Assembly (NCBI RefSeq): GCF_009914755.1 | Contig: NC_060932.1 | Direction: 5' to 3' (one strand) | Length of the DNA: 64,000 nucleotides | Source: the human T2T-CHM13v2.0 reference genome, Homo sapiens | Shown here: piece after piece, positions 14,301 through 29,956 of the stretch | Numbering within the stretch: position 1 is the stretch's first letter | Layout: each line of letters opens with the position of its first letter | Program-made: the position numbers and the translations under genes | Notes under the pieces: generated by a model | What the model saw: only the letters and a program-made list of their open reading frames with translations | The model's database searches: none | What the model was told of the DNA's origin: nothing

Positions 14301-15365
14301 TAATAATAAACTGATAAAATAACAAGATAAAATGCACTGGGAATGGAGTAATAAAAGTAAAATGCACTAGTGTAATCTATTGCTTCCCAGTAGAACTCCC
14401 TGTTTCTATTTTGGGTCTTACCCTGAACATTGTTAAGAAGAGTCCAGAGGGTGGTCCTAAAGAGATCACCTGCAGGATGCGCTTCTGCACTCTCCTGGGG
14501 CAGAACAGTCTCCAGGAAGAGCCTGGCAGCACGTGCCCACAGGTGTAGACATTCCAGTGTCTAGAGCCAAGGGAGGAGCTCCACTTTCTGATTAGAAAAT
14601 GATGCCTCTGTGATCAGAAACAGGTCTGGGTAGAAAGTATTAGGTCTTCCCTCCCCCAAGCCCCACAAGGCCCTCCTATAGGTGAGGCACCTGAACCTGT
14701 AGGTGATGCTAAGAAAAAGAAGCAAGTGTGGCTCCTGGGGGCAGCAATGGTGGTCCCCCAAGGGACTAAGCAAGTGCATCAACTGTCCCTCTGCCCACCA
14801 AGTGCACCTCTGTTCTGAGCTATACCCTCCCATGGCCTCATCCACTATTCAGACCACAGTGAACTTGCAGAAACAGGGCAGCGATTCAAGCCCACGTTTC
14901 CGGACTCCAAATCCGGGGGTCTTTCCAGAGCTTTTAAATCAAATTGTTGGCTTAGCATTTCCTTCAAGGGTCTTGTAATCCTTATTAAAGCACTCCAGTT
15001 ATCTTCCAGTTATCTTTCTTTCTTTTCAATTGCTGAAAGGAGAAATAATTTGTGGCTCTGACAGAATTCCGGATTTCACAGTCAGAAAAGTCAAAGCCGA
15101 TTGCAGGCTGCAGTCCACCCAGCCTTGCACAGTGCCTGCCTGCACTCTTCCACTTGATTTGGGGGTCAAGAGAAAGCAGTGATTTACAAGTCATCCTCAC
15201 CTGCCAGTGACATAGAAAGTCCATGAACAACTAGGCACTTCTCATCACTTAATTCCACTTTGAATTTCTGCAAGAAGAAGGTAATAATGATGGAGCTGTG
15301 ACATGGCTGGTCCTTGTCTGGTCTTTAGTCAACCAGAGTCCTACAGGATATTATAAAATACATTT

Positions 15366-15656
<291 letters not shown>

Positions 15657-16762
15657 TAAAACACATTTTTTAAATGACTTCTCCAAAGCATCTGTAGCTC
15701 TGAAATGCAAGCCCCTGACAGAGAGGCAAGGCCAAGAAGCAATTTTGGTTTCCTTCTACCCATCTCTTCTAAATGGAGCAAAACTGTATCAAAGTCTCTC
15801 ATTGCTAGGACCTTGTTTATAAATATGAATCAAGTCCTTCATTCTAACACATTTCATTTGGGCAACCTCTCCAGTCACTGCTCGACCCCACAGCCCCATG
15901 ACAAAGGCCCCAGATGTACAACTGACCAAGAGCTGGCTGGATCAGAGACCCAGCAGGAGCTCATGGGGCCCTGTGTCCAGCTCACTCCTAGGTGGCGTTT
16001 GTATGTTGCAAGATGGGTCAGAACTGGAATGGAGCTGAGGAAGAGACCCATAAGATCCTGCTTTTACAGGGGACAGAATGCTTCCCAGGAGAGTGGACAC
16101 TTCCTCTTCCCACTGGACTAAAATCTCTTCTCTGGTCTTTCTAAAGCAGCAGCAGCAAGCCCTAATATTTTGGGCTTTTATCTCCAGGTTCTTAGCACTT
16201 TTCCAGCCTTCAATACTCACAGTGGTTACTCCACAGAAGTGCAATATTGACTCAACAGCTGCTAGCTCTAGGATCTCAAGGAGACTCAAGAATCACACCT
16301 GAGACTGCTCCTTGTCCACTCTCTGCAGAATGTGTGCATGCAAGTCATCACTACATCCTGGTGGCATGAGATGGCAGAAGCTATCAGAGAAATGAAAATC
16401 AGTTGAGTGGGTTTGATGCCAGCCTTGAGTTTTGGCTGATTGGGCAATTGGGGCATGACTGGAAAATAAATCCAGCAAGAAAGTGCACACATTTTTAAGA
16501 TCAGTCCCTTCTATCTTTCCCCTCAATTTTATAGGCTATGTACACAGTGCACCTAGAAAACGGAGACTCACATAACTGGAAATGGAACAATTCAGCAAAA
16601 GTCCAACTGATAGACCCTGGGCTTCTTCTTTAGCCCAGCCTGGAGCACTCTGGAAAGTGCCCAATGATTCCACCAGCCGACCTAACCGCTGAAGAGTGAC
16701 AGGAGAAGAGAATATTGTTTTTTTCTAAAGAAAGGAGGTAAATAAAATAATAATTTACCACA

Positions 16763-17234
16763 TGTGATAGGTAATTTTATGTGTCAACTTGACTGGGCTA
16801 AGGGATGCCCAGAGAGCTGGTAAAACCGTATTTCTGGGTATGTCAATGATGGCGTTCCCAGAAGAGATTAGTGTTTGAATTGCGTAGACTGAGCAGAGAT
16901 CACCTCCACCAATGAGGATGGGCATCACCCAATTGTTGAGGGCTAGAATGGGACAAAAAGGCAGAGAAGGGTGAGTTTGCTCTTTCTCTCCTTGAGCTGA
17001 GACATCCATCTTCTCTGGCCCCTGGGATATGGGTGCTCCAGATTGTCAGTCCTTCAGATTCAAGCTGAATTACATGACTAGCTTTCCTGGTTCTCCAGCT
17101 TGCAAATGTCAGAATGCAGGCCTTCCCTTGGCCTCCATTATCATGTGAGCTGATTCCTGAAATAAATCTCATATATGTATATATACTCTTTCTCTCTCCT
17201 CTCTCTCTCCTCTCTCTCTGCATGCTCTCTCTCA

Positions 17235-17275
<41 letters not shown>

Positions 17276-17305
17276 CTGTTTTTCTGGAGATCCCTGGCTA
17301 ATACA
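16763..17305 (+). mobile_element. ERVL solo LTR (MLT2B-like)
   Basis: tgtgataggtaattttatgtgtcaacttgactgggct start, aataaa signal, ctaataca end. Confidence 0.9.
17238..17273. repeat. (TG)18 microsatellite inside the MLT2 LTR
   Basis: Perfect TG run preceded by a CT-rich tract. Confidence 0.95.
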
Positions 17306-17394
17306 CCTTGCATTAGCAATAAACTTTCCAGCATTCCAAAGTGATCCCACATTCATCATATTTTAAACTCACCTGGGGTAGTAAAAGTGTCTTT

Positions 17395-17495
17395 CTTACA
17401 TCTGGCAGATGAAGAAACTGAGGCCTCAAGAAATTAAGTGACTTGCATAATGTCACATGGACTGTGACAGAATCAGGGTAAGAACTCAGGCACCT
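17395..17495 (-). mobile_element. MIR core
   Basis: cagatgaagaaactgaggc...aagtgacttgc...gtcaca. Confidence 0.8.
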
Positions 17496-19495
17496 ATTGA
17501 TTGCATTGGTGTGAGCTCAAATAATAAGATTCTTCCAGCAAGGATGGTCCACTGGGTGACCTCACGACCATAAACTGCACATACTCATGCACCAGAAAGA
17601 CAAAAGCAAGATACTGAATTCCCTGGTCCACCAAAGATTCAGTTCCCGTTAACATGACTGCAGGTGCTGAGCGAGTCTCTGGGTAGAATATCAATCACCA
17701 ATAAATATCGCATCTACAGCTCTTACAACTTCACCTTTCAGTGAGCTCAGTTCCTCCACTTTCATGCAACTTGGATCTCCTCCTGAATGAAGTGTGTGGA
17801 TGCCCTGGGTCTGTTCCCAGATCAATATGGCCAAACAGCTCCAAAAAGAAAAAAAATTTAGGCATCTTCATTATTATTTTCAAAAGCCTTGCTTCTCTAG
17901 AGAAAACACTCTTATTTCAAGATTTGACAGTCTGTTGATTGCCCACAGAAGAGGACAAAAAGTTAGAAGTTATTAATGGGTATCTCCAGGCAATTAAAAA
18001 CACGCTGCCCTCAGATTCTGGTCTCTCCCAGACACCGTGTGCCAGTTGACAATTTTTCTGCTTCTGAAAAATAATGCGGCTTTTGCTGAAGTTGGTAAAA
18101 TGGTCTATCAATAGGCAGATTATAGCAGCCTTCTGAAAAAAAAAATAACAGTGTCCTGTAATCTAACTACAGGCAAGACAGGGGCTTATGTTCAGGCAAG
18201 ATAGTCCTGACACAGTGAGAACCCCAAGAGACCACTGGGAAGACACAGTGAAAACCTGTGTTTGCTGTCCCAAGGAATTGCAAAAAAAAAAAAATTTTTA
18301 GAAGCCTGCTATGAAATGTTTCAACCTCACTAGTTCAATACACTTAGTAGTTAAAAAAAAAAAAAAAAGAGAGAGAGACTAAGGGTGGAGGGGCAGGGAG
18401 GGTGAAAAATGTACTTAACAATGATAGAGCCAAGCATCAATTAGGAGCGGCCCCAAAAGACAACAAGATGTCAAGAGGAGAACCAGCCAACTGACAGATG
18501 GCCCTCCAGCAGAGAGGAAGCAGGACTTCTCCTAATCTGTGAATCCTGGAATTCGAAGGTTTGGACTTCAGCCTCTTTCAAACTCCAGAGAGAGCATCTC
18601 TACCACAGCCTTCCCAAGGTATTAGGAGAGACAGCAGCTGGATCTGTCAAACTTTCACTAAACAGTCTGCAAACCAGCCAGCCCCAGCTGAGACCGGGAG
18701 ATAGCAACTATTTGTACACCTTCTTCCAAACGCACCACCCCCCTCCCTACCAAAATAAATAAATAAATATACTTGGCGGTGTTTCTTTTCTTATATATAA
18801 CCTTTTACATCTCTCTCTCTCCCTGATCCATGATCCATTCCACCATGGCCCCTATCATCCCACTCAACCCAATCCCCAGCCCACAAGGAAGCCAGATTCT
18901 CCCATTTCCATAAATTCTTCTGGGACACACAGGGAGAGCAAAGGCGCAGAGCTCAGGGCTGGGACAGCAGAGCTCTGGTCCGCAGAGGGAGAGGGTGTCC
19001 TGGGCAAGGCTGAAGCTGCCGCGGAGCTGCCTGGCTCTGGATTCCATAATTAAAGTCACTGGGTGTTTGATCACCTCCTCGATGCAGAGTAATTAAAATC
19101 ATTGCGCTGTTTGTTTTTCATTTCCTTTGATAAATGGTGAAAACTGCTAACGAGCCACGGCAGCGTCGTTCCACCTCACTCCCCCTTGGCGTCCCCGTTT
19201 CCAGGAGCATCCTGCATCTTTCCAGGTTGAGACTGACTCAGGAACTGCAGGAGCAGGGCTGGGCATTGCCAAAGAGTGGGGACTTGGCAGGGCAGACCCG
19301 CACAGCTGCTGCAAACGTGTATGAGGCTCACCTCTCAGAGAGAGCTGCTACCGTCCGTTCCAATGTTTAACGGCAGGAGGAGTTCAGGTAGGTCATCATT
19401 TTATAGGGAACACTAAAAGCATAATTCAGGCTGTTCTGTATGGCTTTTAAACACACACACCCTTCCCAATCCCTTATAAAAAAGGAGTGGGGAAT

Positions 19496-19856
<361 letters not shown>

Positions 19857-21079
19857 CTAAAAAATGCGTAGAGTCATATTTGCCGTTGATTACACTAAGG
19901 TGTTAATGAGAATTAAACAACGTGTTACCCAGGAAAGCGCTCCTCAAACCACAATGTCTACATGATGTCAGGAAGTTGCTGGCATTGTTCTTGCCTCCTT
20001 GCAACTCAAGAGTGGAGAAGCAGAGAGCTTGGCTGTTTCCCAAAGCAACTTAAGCCTCCCTAGTTTCAGCCAGGTGCGCTGAGGAAGAACAGGGAAGGGG
20101 AGGACGTGGGAAGGCAATGGGCGTTCCTGGGAAATTTCCGCTTCTTCCTCTGCAGCATGTCAGGTATGCTCTGAGACCTCATTATCATGGCCCTTAGGCT
20201 TGAGGCAGCCAGCAGAGCTTGCAGATCACAGACTGCTTTCCCAAGGAACTCCTTCCCCCCTAAATTTCACGTTCCCTATAATTGGGCTGTGAGGGAAATG
20301 AAGGCACCTGCAGAGGTGACTTCTGTCCCAGGAGTCTTCCCTGGCATCCCCTCTCTGTGGCAGCTGAAGTCCGTCCACCAGTGCAAGCCAGCCCTGCTTA
20401 ATCAAACCGATGTCTGCAGGGCTCCAACAGAAAACCCTGAGGTCAGCCTTTCTTTGCCTCCAGAGAGTGCTAACCTACCCACAGATTACGTGAAATCATT
20501 TTGAAAGCACACATGATGTGTCCTCTAATTTTAAGTTCCAGGCTGTTTCTCAGACCCACAGGGACCAGGCTGCCTTCTGGCAGTGGGCAATGTTGTAAAT
20601 GAGGAGCGGTTTATCTGCTGGAACACTAGATTTTGTCTCCCCTTCTGTCTACCTGCTCCTTGTGTCATCCACTGTCCTGGGAAAAAGATGTTAATAACCC
20701 AAACAAAGGAAAACGAAACCCAACAGCCTAGAGAAACAAAAGGAGAGGGCTTCCAATGGTGGAAAGTAATAACTATTGAAGAGAAATGATTGTCCCAAAG
20801 CAACACCAGCCCATAAGAAAGAACACAAGCCTATGGGTGACACATCTGCCCTCGATGTGGAAGTCAGACTTTCCACTGTAGGACTCCACCCGTTGTCCAT
20901 CACATCTGATTTTTAGTGTGATGATTCTCAGGAACACAATAAAATGTTTGAATTAAGGATTCTACCAACACCATCACTGAAAAAACATAGTGATTTTCTT
21001 CTGTTGTTTGGAAGAATCTGAACCTCTTGGAGAAAAGTGGGAGGTGGCCTGGGCATGAGTCAGGCAGCTGTACATGATT

Positions 21080-21325
21080 GAGGAGGAAAAAGCACAGGCT
21101 CTGGGGACACAGGCAGCAAGCTGTGAATGCTGACTTCACCATTCACTAGTCACATAACTTTGGGGAAATCATTTAATCTCCAAGCCTCAGTTGACTCATC
21201 TGTAAAACAGGGATAATAATAACCACATCATCACACTGTTACAAGGAGAAAAAAATATAAAAAGTACCCAATGGTTCTTGGTGCATAGTAGGAATTAAAT
21301 AAATGGTCGCTACTATTATATTTAT
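21080..21325 (+). mobile_element. MIR SINE, near full length
   Basis: gcctcagttgactcatctgtaaaacagggataataata core; 3' catagtagga...aataaatggtcgctactatt. Confidence 0.85.
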
Positions 21326-22384
21326 TACTACCAGTACTATTACTCTTGGTAATACCAGTACTGTTACTCAGGAATTGGGGGTGGTTGTATAATTCTTTAT
21401 TCATTTCCTTCTTTAATTCAAAAATCCGTCCATTGTGGTTCCTGGTTCCACAAAAACAAAGTCGGCACCTACATCATTCCAGCCACCCCCAAATGACCTG
21501 CTTTGGAAATGACTCCAGACTCAGCAGCAAGGAGCTCTCCAAGGTCCCCTGCAGGTCACCGCTCTGTGTCCTGACAGATGGCGAGCCATGCGGGAGGACA
21601 AGCTGCTGTCAGGCTGGAGGTGCCGTCCCATCCCATGCCATCCCATCCCATGCTGGCATCAGAAGTTCCCGGGTCAGGCCTGCACAGCTGCCTAGAGACA
21701 GCCAGGAACCTAGCCTGCAAATCTAGGAACAAAGCTGGGGGCCAAGGGGCGTGGGAGGAATTGACAAAGCCTGTTAGCCTCTTCCCTGGCTCTGCACTGG
21801 CCTCAGGCCACTCTCAACACACAATTGCCCTGTTTTCATCATCTTTTAACCAAACAAACACAGCCAGGCACTCCACAGAAAAACAGGCTTCCCTTCTGCC
21901 TTTCTGAGTCCTTTCATTATTTACTCGTAACATATTTATAAGTAATGACATTTCCCCACCCACCTCTCTCCCACAGATCCAGGAAGAAAGAGTAACTTAA
22001 AATGCTAGAAGCCTCCCAAGAGAAAGAGATAAAAGATGTTCTATTTAAATCTCTTGGGTCCCAAAAACTTGCAAAATGATTTCCCAGGGATGCCACCTGT
22101 CCCCTGAAGAACACACACCTGCCTGGATTCTCAGATGTTCTCTTGTACCTCTGTCACCCACAACATATCCCCAAGAAAAGGGTGGGGAGAGAAGACAACT
22201 TACCCAGATGGCATCACTCACTCTGTTCTCTCCATGTCCACAGCACCAAGACGGGAGAGAGGGATCAACATGATCTTTTATTATGTGCGTGTGTGTGTCT
22301 CATTCATGAGGATCTCCTTCCGTGTCTAGATCAGTGGTTGGCACAGAGTAGATATGTGACCACTATCTGCTCAATTACATAGCA

Positions 22385-23195
22385 GTTTATGTGCCTGGAT
22401 ATCTAAAGGGGCTCAAACCTCACTTGAGCCCAAAGAGTTCAACCAAATGCCATCAGCAAGTGTGCTGCCCCGGAGGCTTCCCCACCTAGTACCTGGCACA
22501 ACCATTCACCCCGCTGCTCAGAATGGAAACCTGGGATCGCTCCTCATCCACTCCCTTTTCTTCCCACCCATCTGATCTATGAGCAGGACATGTCGCTTCG
22601 ACCTCTGCAGTCCATGCTGAATCTGACAGTATGTTACCGTCCTCAGGCAGCACACCCAAGTCCTAAGCTGCCACTGTCTCTCACCTGGAGGACACCTGCC
22701 CTTCCTGCCTTCATCCAGACATCTCACAATCCATTCTTCATGCGGTCAATCAGAACCCGGCCCTCCCTTGCTTCAAGCCTGGAAATGCTACCTAGGCAAT
22801 GAAAATAAACTCCAAGGCCCTCCGCTGGCCTGTGAGCCCCACCCAATCTGCACCCTGCTAGCCTCCCCCGCCACTCACTGCCCTCCTTCCACACTAGCCT
22901 TCCCCTCATCGACTGTGGAGCAAGCACAGATGCGGAATGTCCCTACAGCGAGCCCCCATCTGCACGGCCCAGGACTCCCCTGCCAACATCATTCTACTCT
23001 CCTTTCTCTGCTTCACAGGGCGGATCACTGCAGACAGTCATGGAAAGTCTCTGTTTATGTGTTTTTGTCTAACTTCCGCCCCCCAAAATGTAAGCTTTGT
23101 GGGGTAGAGATCTCTTCTATCTTATGGATAGCTGTATCCCCACTGACAGGCACACAATAGGCACTTGGAAAACATTTGTGGGCTGGCTAAATGAA
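22385..23195 (+). mobile_element. L2 3' region
   Basis: cctggatatcta...aaacctgggatc...aaatgtaagctttgtggggtagaga...aggcacttggaaaacatttg. Confidence 0.7.
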
Positions 23196-23602
23196 GTGCT
23201 TTATCTAGAGCTGTCTCCAGTCCCTGAGTTCTTTCTCACTAAATTTAGTTTCTCACACTCGTGCATTTACAGATCACGTGGGGTGGGATTAAACTCCCCA
23301 GAGACATTACGTAAACCCTCACCTTATGCCTCTCCTTACAGTCCGGCAGTTACACATGTAAACATTCTCCTCATACAGAATATTCTAGGTCAGCACTTCT
23401 CAAGTTTTTTATTCTCAGAACGCTTTTATGCACTTAAAAATCATTGAGATTTCAAAAGGGCTTTTGTCTATGTGCGGCATATCTATCATTATTTACTGTG
23501 TTCAAAGTTAAAACTGAGAAATGTTTAAAATCTTTATTAACTCATTTTAAAATAAAAATAAACCATTACATGTTAATATATGTAATATATGTCTATAAGT
23601 TA

Positions 23603-23926
<324 letters not shown>

Positions 23927-24154
23927 CTTAACTATATTTTAAATGCAATGTAGTATCCTAGGTTGAATCCTGGAACACATAAAGGATATATAATAGAAAA
24001 ACTAATTCAAATAAAATCTACTGTCTAGTTAATAGTTGTGTACTAATGTTAATTTCCTAGTTTTCACAAGTGTACCATAGTCAGGTAAGATGTTAACACT
24101 GGGGAAAACCGAGTGAAGGGTTTATAAATACTCTTTGAACTATGCTTGCAACAT

Positions 24155-24857
<703 letters not shown>

Positions 24858-25190
24858 TGCAACTTTACTTTAAATATAAAATTATTTTAAAATAAAAGGT
24901 TCATTTTAAAAAGCTGTATTTTTAGAAAAATTATGAGAAGAGGGACATGGTTTTTACATTTTTGCAAATCCCTTGTATGTCTGCCTTATTAAACGATAGC
25001 TGGATTTTCTCATCTGCATCTGTATTCAATCTGTTGTGATATACTGTCTTAGTTGAAGTATGTGAAGAGAATCCAGCTTCACACAGATATATAGTTGGAA
25101 AAGGGAAGCTTTAATAGCCTTATCAGGTAGTTATGAATGTTTTTTGTTTGTTTTTTCACCAAAACTTGACAAGGGATAGCTCCTTAAAGG

Positions 25191-25481
25191 TTACTTGCAA
25201 TAGGCAATATGAAACCATACCAATGAACTTTTTGTACTCCATTGTAAAACTTCTTTTGGTGTATCTTGCACTTCAGAGAGATCCTTTACCCACCCATGAT
25301 TTTGTAACATCATGCATTGGTAAAACTGTTCAGAGTTATGTAGATCTTCCAAATGTTGATACATTTCATTATATAATACCCAAAAAGAACACTCATTAAT
25401 ATCAACCATTTCATCAGAAAAGCCTTTAAGATTTGGGAAGCTGTCAAGTTCATCATGATGGAATTTTCCAAACTTTAACAC
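25191..25481 (-). pseudogene. Decayed Charlie1/Buster-type hAT transposase fragment
   Basis: LDSFPNLKGFSDEMVDINEC...LYNEMYQHLEDLHNS...QCMMLQNHGWVKD resembles the Charlie1 transposase C-terminal region. Confidence 0.75.
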
Positions 25482-25842
25482 AATTCTAATTTTTGCTTGA
25501 GTGATTGAATTTTATCACGGGCAAAAAAAAATGTGGTCAGTTATGTTCCTTGAAATGGCAGGCTCATTTCATGCCATTTTAAGAAAACGCCTCCCAAATA
25601 TTTAAGTCTGAATAGCCATGGTTTGTCTACCAGTCATTTTTTTTCAGGTAAAAATGACATCCCATGAAAATGGCTCTAGGTCATTTCACAACTCAAACAA
25701 TTGCATTAAGTGTTTTCCCCAAGACAATCTTTGTACTTTGGTAGGAGGCAGAAGTCCTTTATGTATGCTTCTCATTTTGAAACTCAGAATATTAAAAAGA
25801 TGTGTTTTCAAGGTTGACATTTAATACAATTAATAATTTGTG

Positions 25843-26140
25843 GGCTGGGCGCAGTGGCTCACGCCTGTAATCCCAGCACTTTGGGAGGCCGAGCCAGGTG
25901 AACCATGAGGTCAGGAGTTCGAGACCAGCCTGGCCAACATGTGAAACCCCATCTCTACTAAAAATACAAAAAACTTAGCTGGGTGTGGTGGCAGGCACCT
26001 GTAATACCAGCTGCTCAGGAGGTTATGGCAGGAGAATCTCTTGAACCCAGGAGGAAGAGGTTGCAGTGAGCCAATATTTTGCCACTGCACTCCAGCCCGA
26101 GTGACAGTGCAAGACTCCGTCTCAAAAAAATAAATAAATA
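25843..26140 (+). mobile_element. AluS (Sg-like) inside Charlie1
   Basis: Full Alu with (TAAA)n tail. Confidence 0.95.
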
Positions 26141-26411
26141 AAATAAATAATTTCTACCACTTCAGCAAGGACATTCCTAAGTAAAACTGGCAGTCTTTGT
26201 TTGTTTTTGGTTTCTTTTTACTGTGGGTGTGAGGCAGTTGCACTGATTTTCAGTGATTTGGTGCCATTGTCTTGATTTGGATGAAGGCACCCAGTTTCAC
26301 CCATTTTGCTTTTACCTCATCAGTCTAAGCTTCAACACAGTGAAAAAGGCAAATAATGTTTTAACATCGTTAAGCAAGTAGTTTTGACCCGAGAGAACCT
26401 GTGAAAGTGTC

Positions 26412-26783
26412 TGTATTTGTCTGTATGATGCTATAAAGGAATACCTGTGGCTGGGTAATTTATAAAGAAAAGAGGTTGATTTGGCTCATGTTTCTGCAGG
26501 CTGTACAGGAAGCATGGTGCCAGCATCTGCTTCTAGTGAGGCTTCAGGACACTTTTACTCATGGAAGAAGGTGAAGGGGGAGCAGTGAGTCACGTGACCA
26601 GAGAAGGAGCAAGACAGAGAGGAGGAGGAGCCAGTCTCTTTTTAACAAACAGATTTCATGTTAACTCATTACCATGAAGAGAGTGCCCCCATGACCCAAA
26701 CACTTCCCACCAGGCGCCACCTCCAATACCAGAGATCATATTTCAACACCAGATTTGGAAGGGACGCATAGTAAACTATATCA
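26412..26783 (-). mobile_element. MaLR solo LTR (MSTB-like) inside the Charlie1 end
   Basis: tgtatt...ctgggtaatttataaagaaaagagg...aaactatatca; 5-bp TSD gtgtc / gagtc. Confidence 0.9.
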
Positions 26784-28247
26784 GAGTCTTAGGAAACCTG
26801 AGTGGTCTACGGACCTTATGTTCTGAACCACCATTCTGGATGACTTTCCAGTGAGATACTCCAAAATGAAAACATGTATTGAGCACTGACTTTATGTAGA
26901 CACAATTTGAAATTCCTATAGAGAGTGAAGCTAGGACAGCTCAAAGGAAATGAAGACCAAAACACTTCCCTTTAAAATATAGTTATGCAAATAGCAGATT
27001 GGTAAAACAGCTCCGAGGAATATAAGAGAACCTCAGTGATGACAAAATGGAGGTTGTGGTAAGAATTCTAAGTACTGAAAGCATGCAGACTGTGGACCTC
27101 AGGGAGTCCAATGCATCAGGCAGAAGGGATTCCAGGAGTCCAGTCTTTCGGCAGAGTTAGCTCAGGCTTGTGGGTTTCTTCTTCCACCTCACTCCTGAGA
27201 ATGGTCCCCTGACCTAAGAGGATCCCAAAGACCAAGGTCTCAGCCCACAGCCTGCAGGTGGAGCTGGCATGGATAAGGCAAAAGGATGGCAGGGAGGACA
27301 GGTGCACACAGCTCCTGGCAGTTAAAACAGTACGGAAGGGAAAGGCAAAAGCCCCTGCCTGGGTACTGGTAGTGGTCAATTTCTGCATTTGGAAAAGAAA
27401 GGAGGAGAAATACTGCGAGATACCCTAAAGGGCTAATTACAAAAGGACTAATTATTTTTTAAAGGACTCAATTTTTTAAAGGGCTAATTATTGTTTTCAC
27501 ACACACACACACACGCAGAAAAACAACAAAAATTGATTTAATGAAAGATCAAAATCCAAGGACAGGTAGGGCATTTTTGAGATGAAGTTTATGCCAAATG
27601 CATACTGTACACCAACAATATCTGAAACTCCCACAGCTAATTTGAACACAGTGGCATTCACGGGTTTTTGCAATCCCCCGCTGTTTGTGTTCATTTCAAA
27701 TGACACTAGACTTCAAAAATTGGCCACCTGCCCACTTAACTTAGGCTCTTTGTAAACGGTGTGTCCAGACCAGGAGCCATTTGAGCCTGTATTATTTTTC
27801 TGACAAGCTGTGGTTTTACCCTGCAGAGCTAGAACATCCTGCATCCTAACGGAGCCCACTGGAGCCCATCAGAGGTGGTTATGGGCTTTTCTGCTGCCTG
27901 CTTTTGGCCCTAGTGCCAAATGACTCAAAACCCCTCTGGCTCTCTGTTGCTAGGCTCAGATGATTCCAAGCAGAGGGCCCAAGACATCTTTAACAGAGAT
28001 AAAAACTGTCTCTCTCCACAAAACTCCACAGGTTCTGTAGGAGTAGAGAACCAAAGTGTTCCACTAGGTAGCCAATGCCCCTGGATCGAATCCAAACCAG
28101 GTCTCATGGAAACTGGGGCATTTTCCCAAGCAGAATTGACCAGTGACAAATCTTGGTGACAGTAAAATTTGTCCTTCAGTCCTACACAAGACCTACAGGT
28201 AGCTCTGTTCCACCAGCATTTGGTGTTGTCATTCTGTTCACCAAAAC

Positions 28248-28558
28248 TTTTTTTTTTTTTTTTGAGACAGGGTTGCTCTGTTACCCAGGCTGGAGTACAG
28301 TAGTGTGATCATGGCTCACTGCAGCCTCAACTTCCTGGGCTCAAGCAATCTTCTCACTTCAGCCTCCTGAGTAGCTGGGACTACAGGTGCATGCAACCAT
28401 CCCTAGCTACTTTTTATTTTTTATTTTTTTATTTTTTTTGTAGAGATGGGGTCTCGCTATGTTGCCCAGGCTGGTCTCCAACTCCTGAGCTCAAGCGATC
28501 CACCCACCTCGACCTCCCAAAGTGCTGGGATTACCGGCATGAGCAACTACACCCAGCC
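28248..28558 (-). mobile_element. AluJ
   Basis: Antisense J-type Alu; TSD caccaaaacttt / caccacaacttt. Confidence 0.95.
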
Positions 28559-28849
28559 ACCACCACAACTTTTTAAAGTGGGATCCAATTTAGTTATCCC
28601 TGCCACAAGACCCTCCCCCCGGTAGGGAATAGTACATGGGCCCCAGTAAATCTTGGTTCACACAGGCCCACAGGACAGGCAGAGGGGATGTACAATGAAG
28701 TTTAAATCATGCGGCTACTGATCTCTGCATTTGTGTTTGTCTTAACTCTCTAAACAGATGGCGAGCTTTTCTAATGGGGAACCATTAGGAAAGATGTGAG
28801 CGCCAAAGGAATTTAGAGATACTAAGTAGAGGAGAAAGAGTGTACTGCT

Positions 28850-29150
28850 AGATTTGGTGTCCTGAGAAGGTTTCATGGAGGAAGTGGAATTCAGGGGTCA
28901 GCGCAAAGATGGAAAGGGTTGGAAAAAGAAAGCAAAAGGAAGAGAGAACTCCAGGTAAGGGAGGACAGCATGGGCAAAGATGTGGACAGAGAAATTTGCA
29001 CAGGATGGTCTGTGTACCACTTGGCAGGAGTACAGGTTAAAGCATGGAGGTAAATGGAGCTAATGTGAGAAAAGTAGCTTGAGGCCATAATATAAAGGAA
29101 ATTGAATGTCAGACATCTGGGCACTGCAGAATCAAAGGTGATTATGACTA
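28850..29150 (-). mobile_element. L2 fragment
   Basis: gagaaggtttcatggaggaagtgg...ccaggtaagggaggacagcatgggcaaag. Confidence 0.65.
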
Positions 29151-29797
29151 CAGGCAGGTGGTAGCATAAAGCCAGGAGACATCAACCCTGAAGACCTCTT
29201 GAAGGATGAATCCTGGAGCATGTTGTCATAAAGGATGTCATATTTCCCCAGGTGACATTGGGAGATGGGTGGGCATCCCCTTTCCAGGGACAGGGAAGAG
29301 CATTTTGCATTCAGGGGCTGGAAGGGAAGGTGAAGGAGATGTGGGATGCTCTACACATGGCTGGCACCAGGTCAGGGAGATCTGGTCAGTAGGTGGTTTC
29401 CAGCATAGACTCCAAAGAGCACAGGAGCCCCGTGGATGAACCCCAGAGTCTGCCACTGGAAAGGGATTGCAAATGGGGATGGGGGAGAAGCTGGCCTCAT
29501 CCATTTTTTAACCAGGCAAGCTCTGCTGTGAAGAAAGTGTTCTCCACTAAAGTCATAAATAATTAAAGGTTTGAAAATCCTGCTATTGGTGTTAGTTATT
29601 ACAGATTTTCAGCAGCAAAAGATCGAGATGATCAGGAAGCTACCTGGGCAATACCAGGAGCCTGGTTACCTGGAGGGAGGGAGGCAAGTGAAGAGACCAC
29701 TGCCTAGTTCAGACAAGTTGATAAAGACTGGGTTACAAAAAAGTATATAAGACTGGGTTACAACTGTAGGCCAAAAAAAGGAAAGAAAAACATGGAT

Positions 29798-29956
29798 CTA
29801 TAGTCCCAGCTACTCAGGAGGCTGAGGCAGAAGGATCGTTTGAGTCAGGAGGTGAAGGCTGCAGTGAGCTATGGTCATGCCTGAGAATAGCCGCTGCACT
29901 CCAGCCCAGGCAACATAGCAAGACCCTGTCTCTTAAAAAAAAAAACAAAAACAAAC
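29798..29956 (+). mobile_element. FAM (fossil Alu monomer), 5'-truncated
   Basis: Retains the 7SL-type gcctgagaatagccgctgcactccagcc...aacatagcaagacc end; A-rich tail; degenerate TSD aaaaacatggatcta / gaaaagatgggtcta. Confidence 0.8.
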
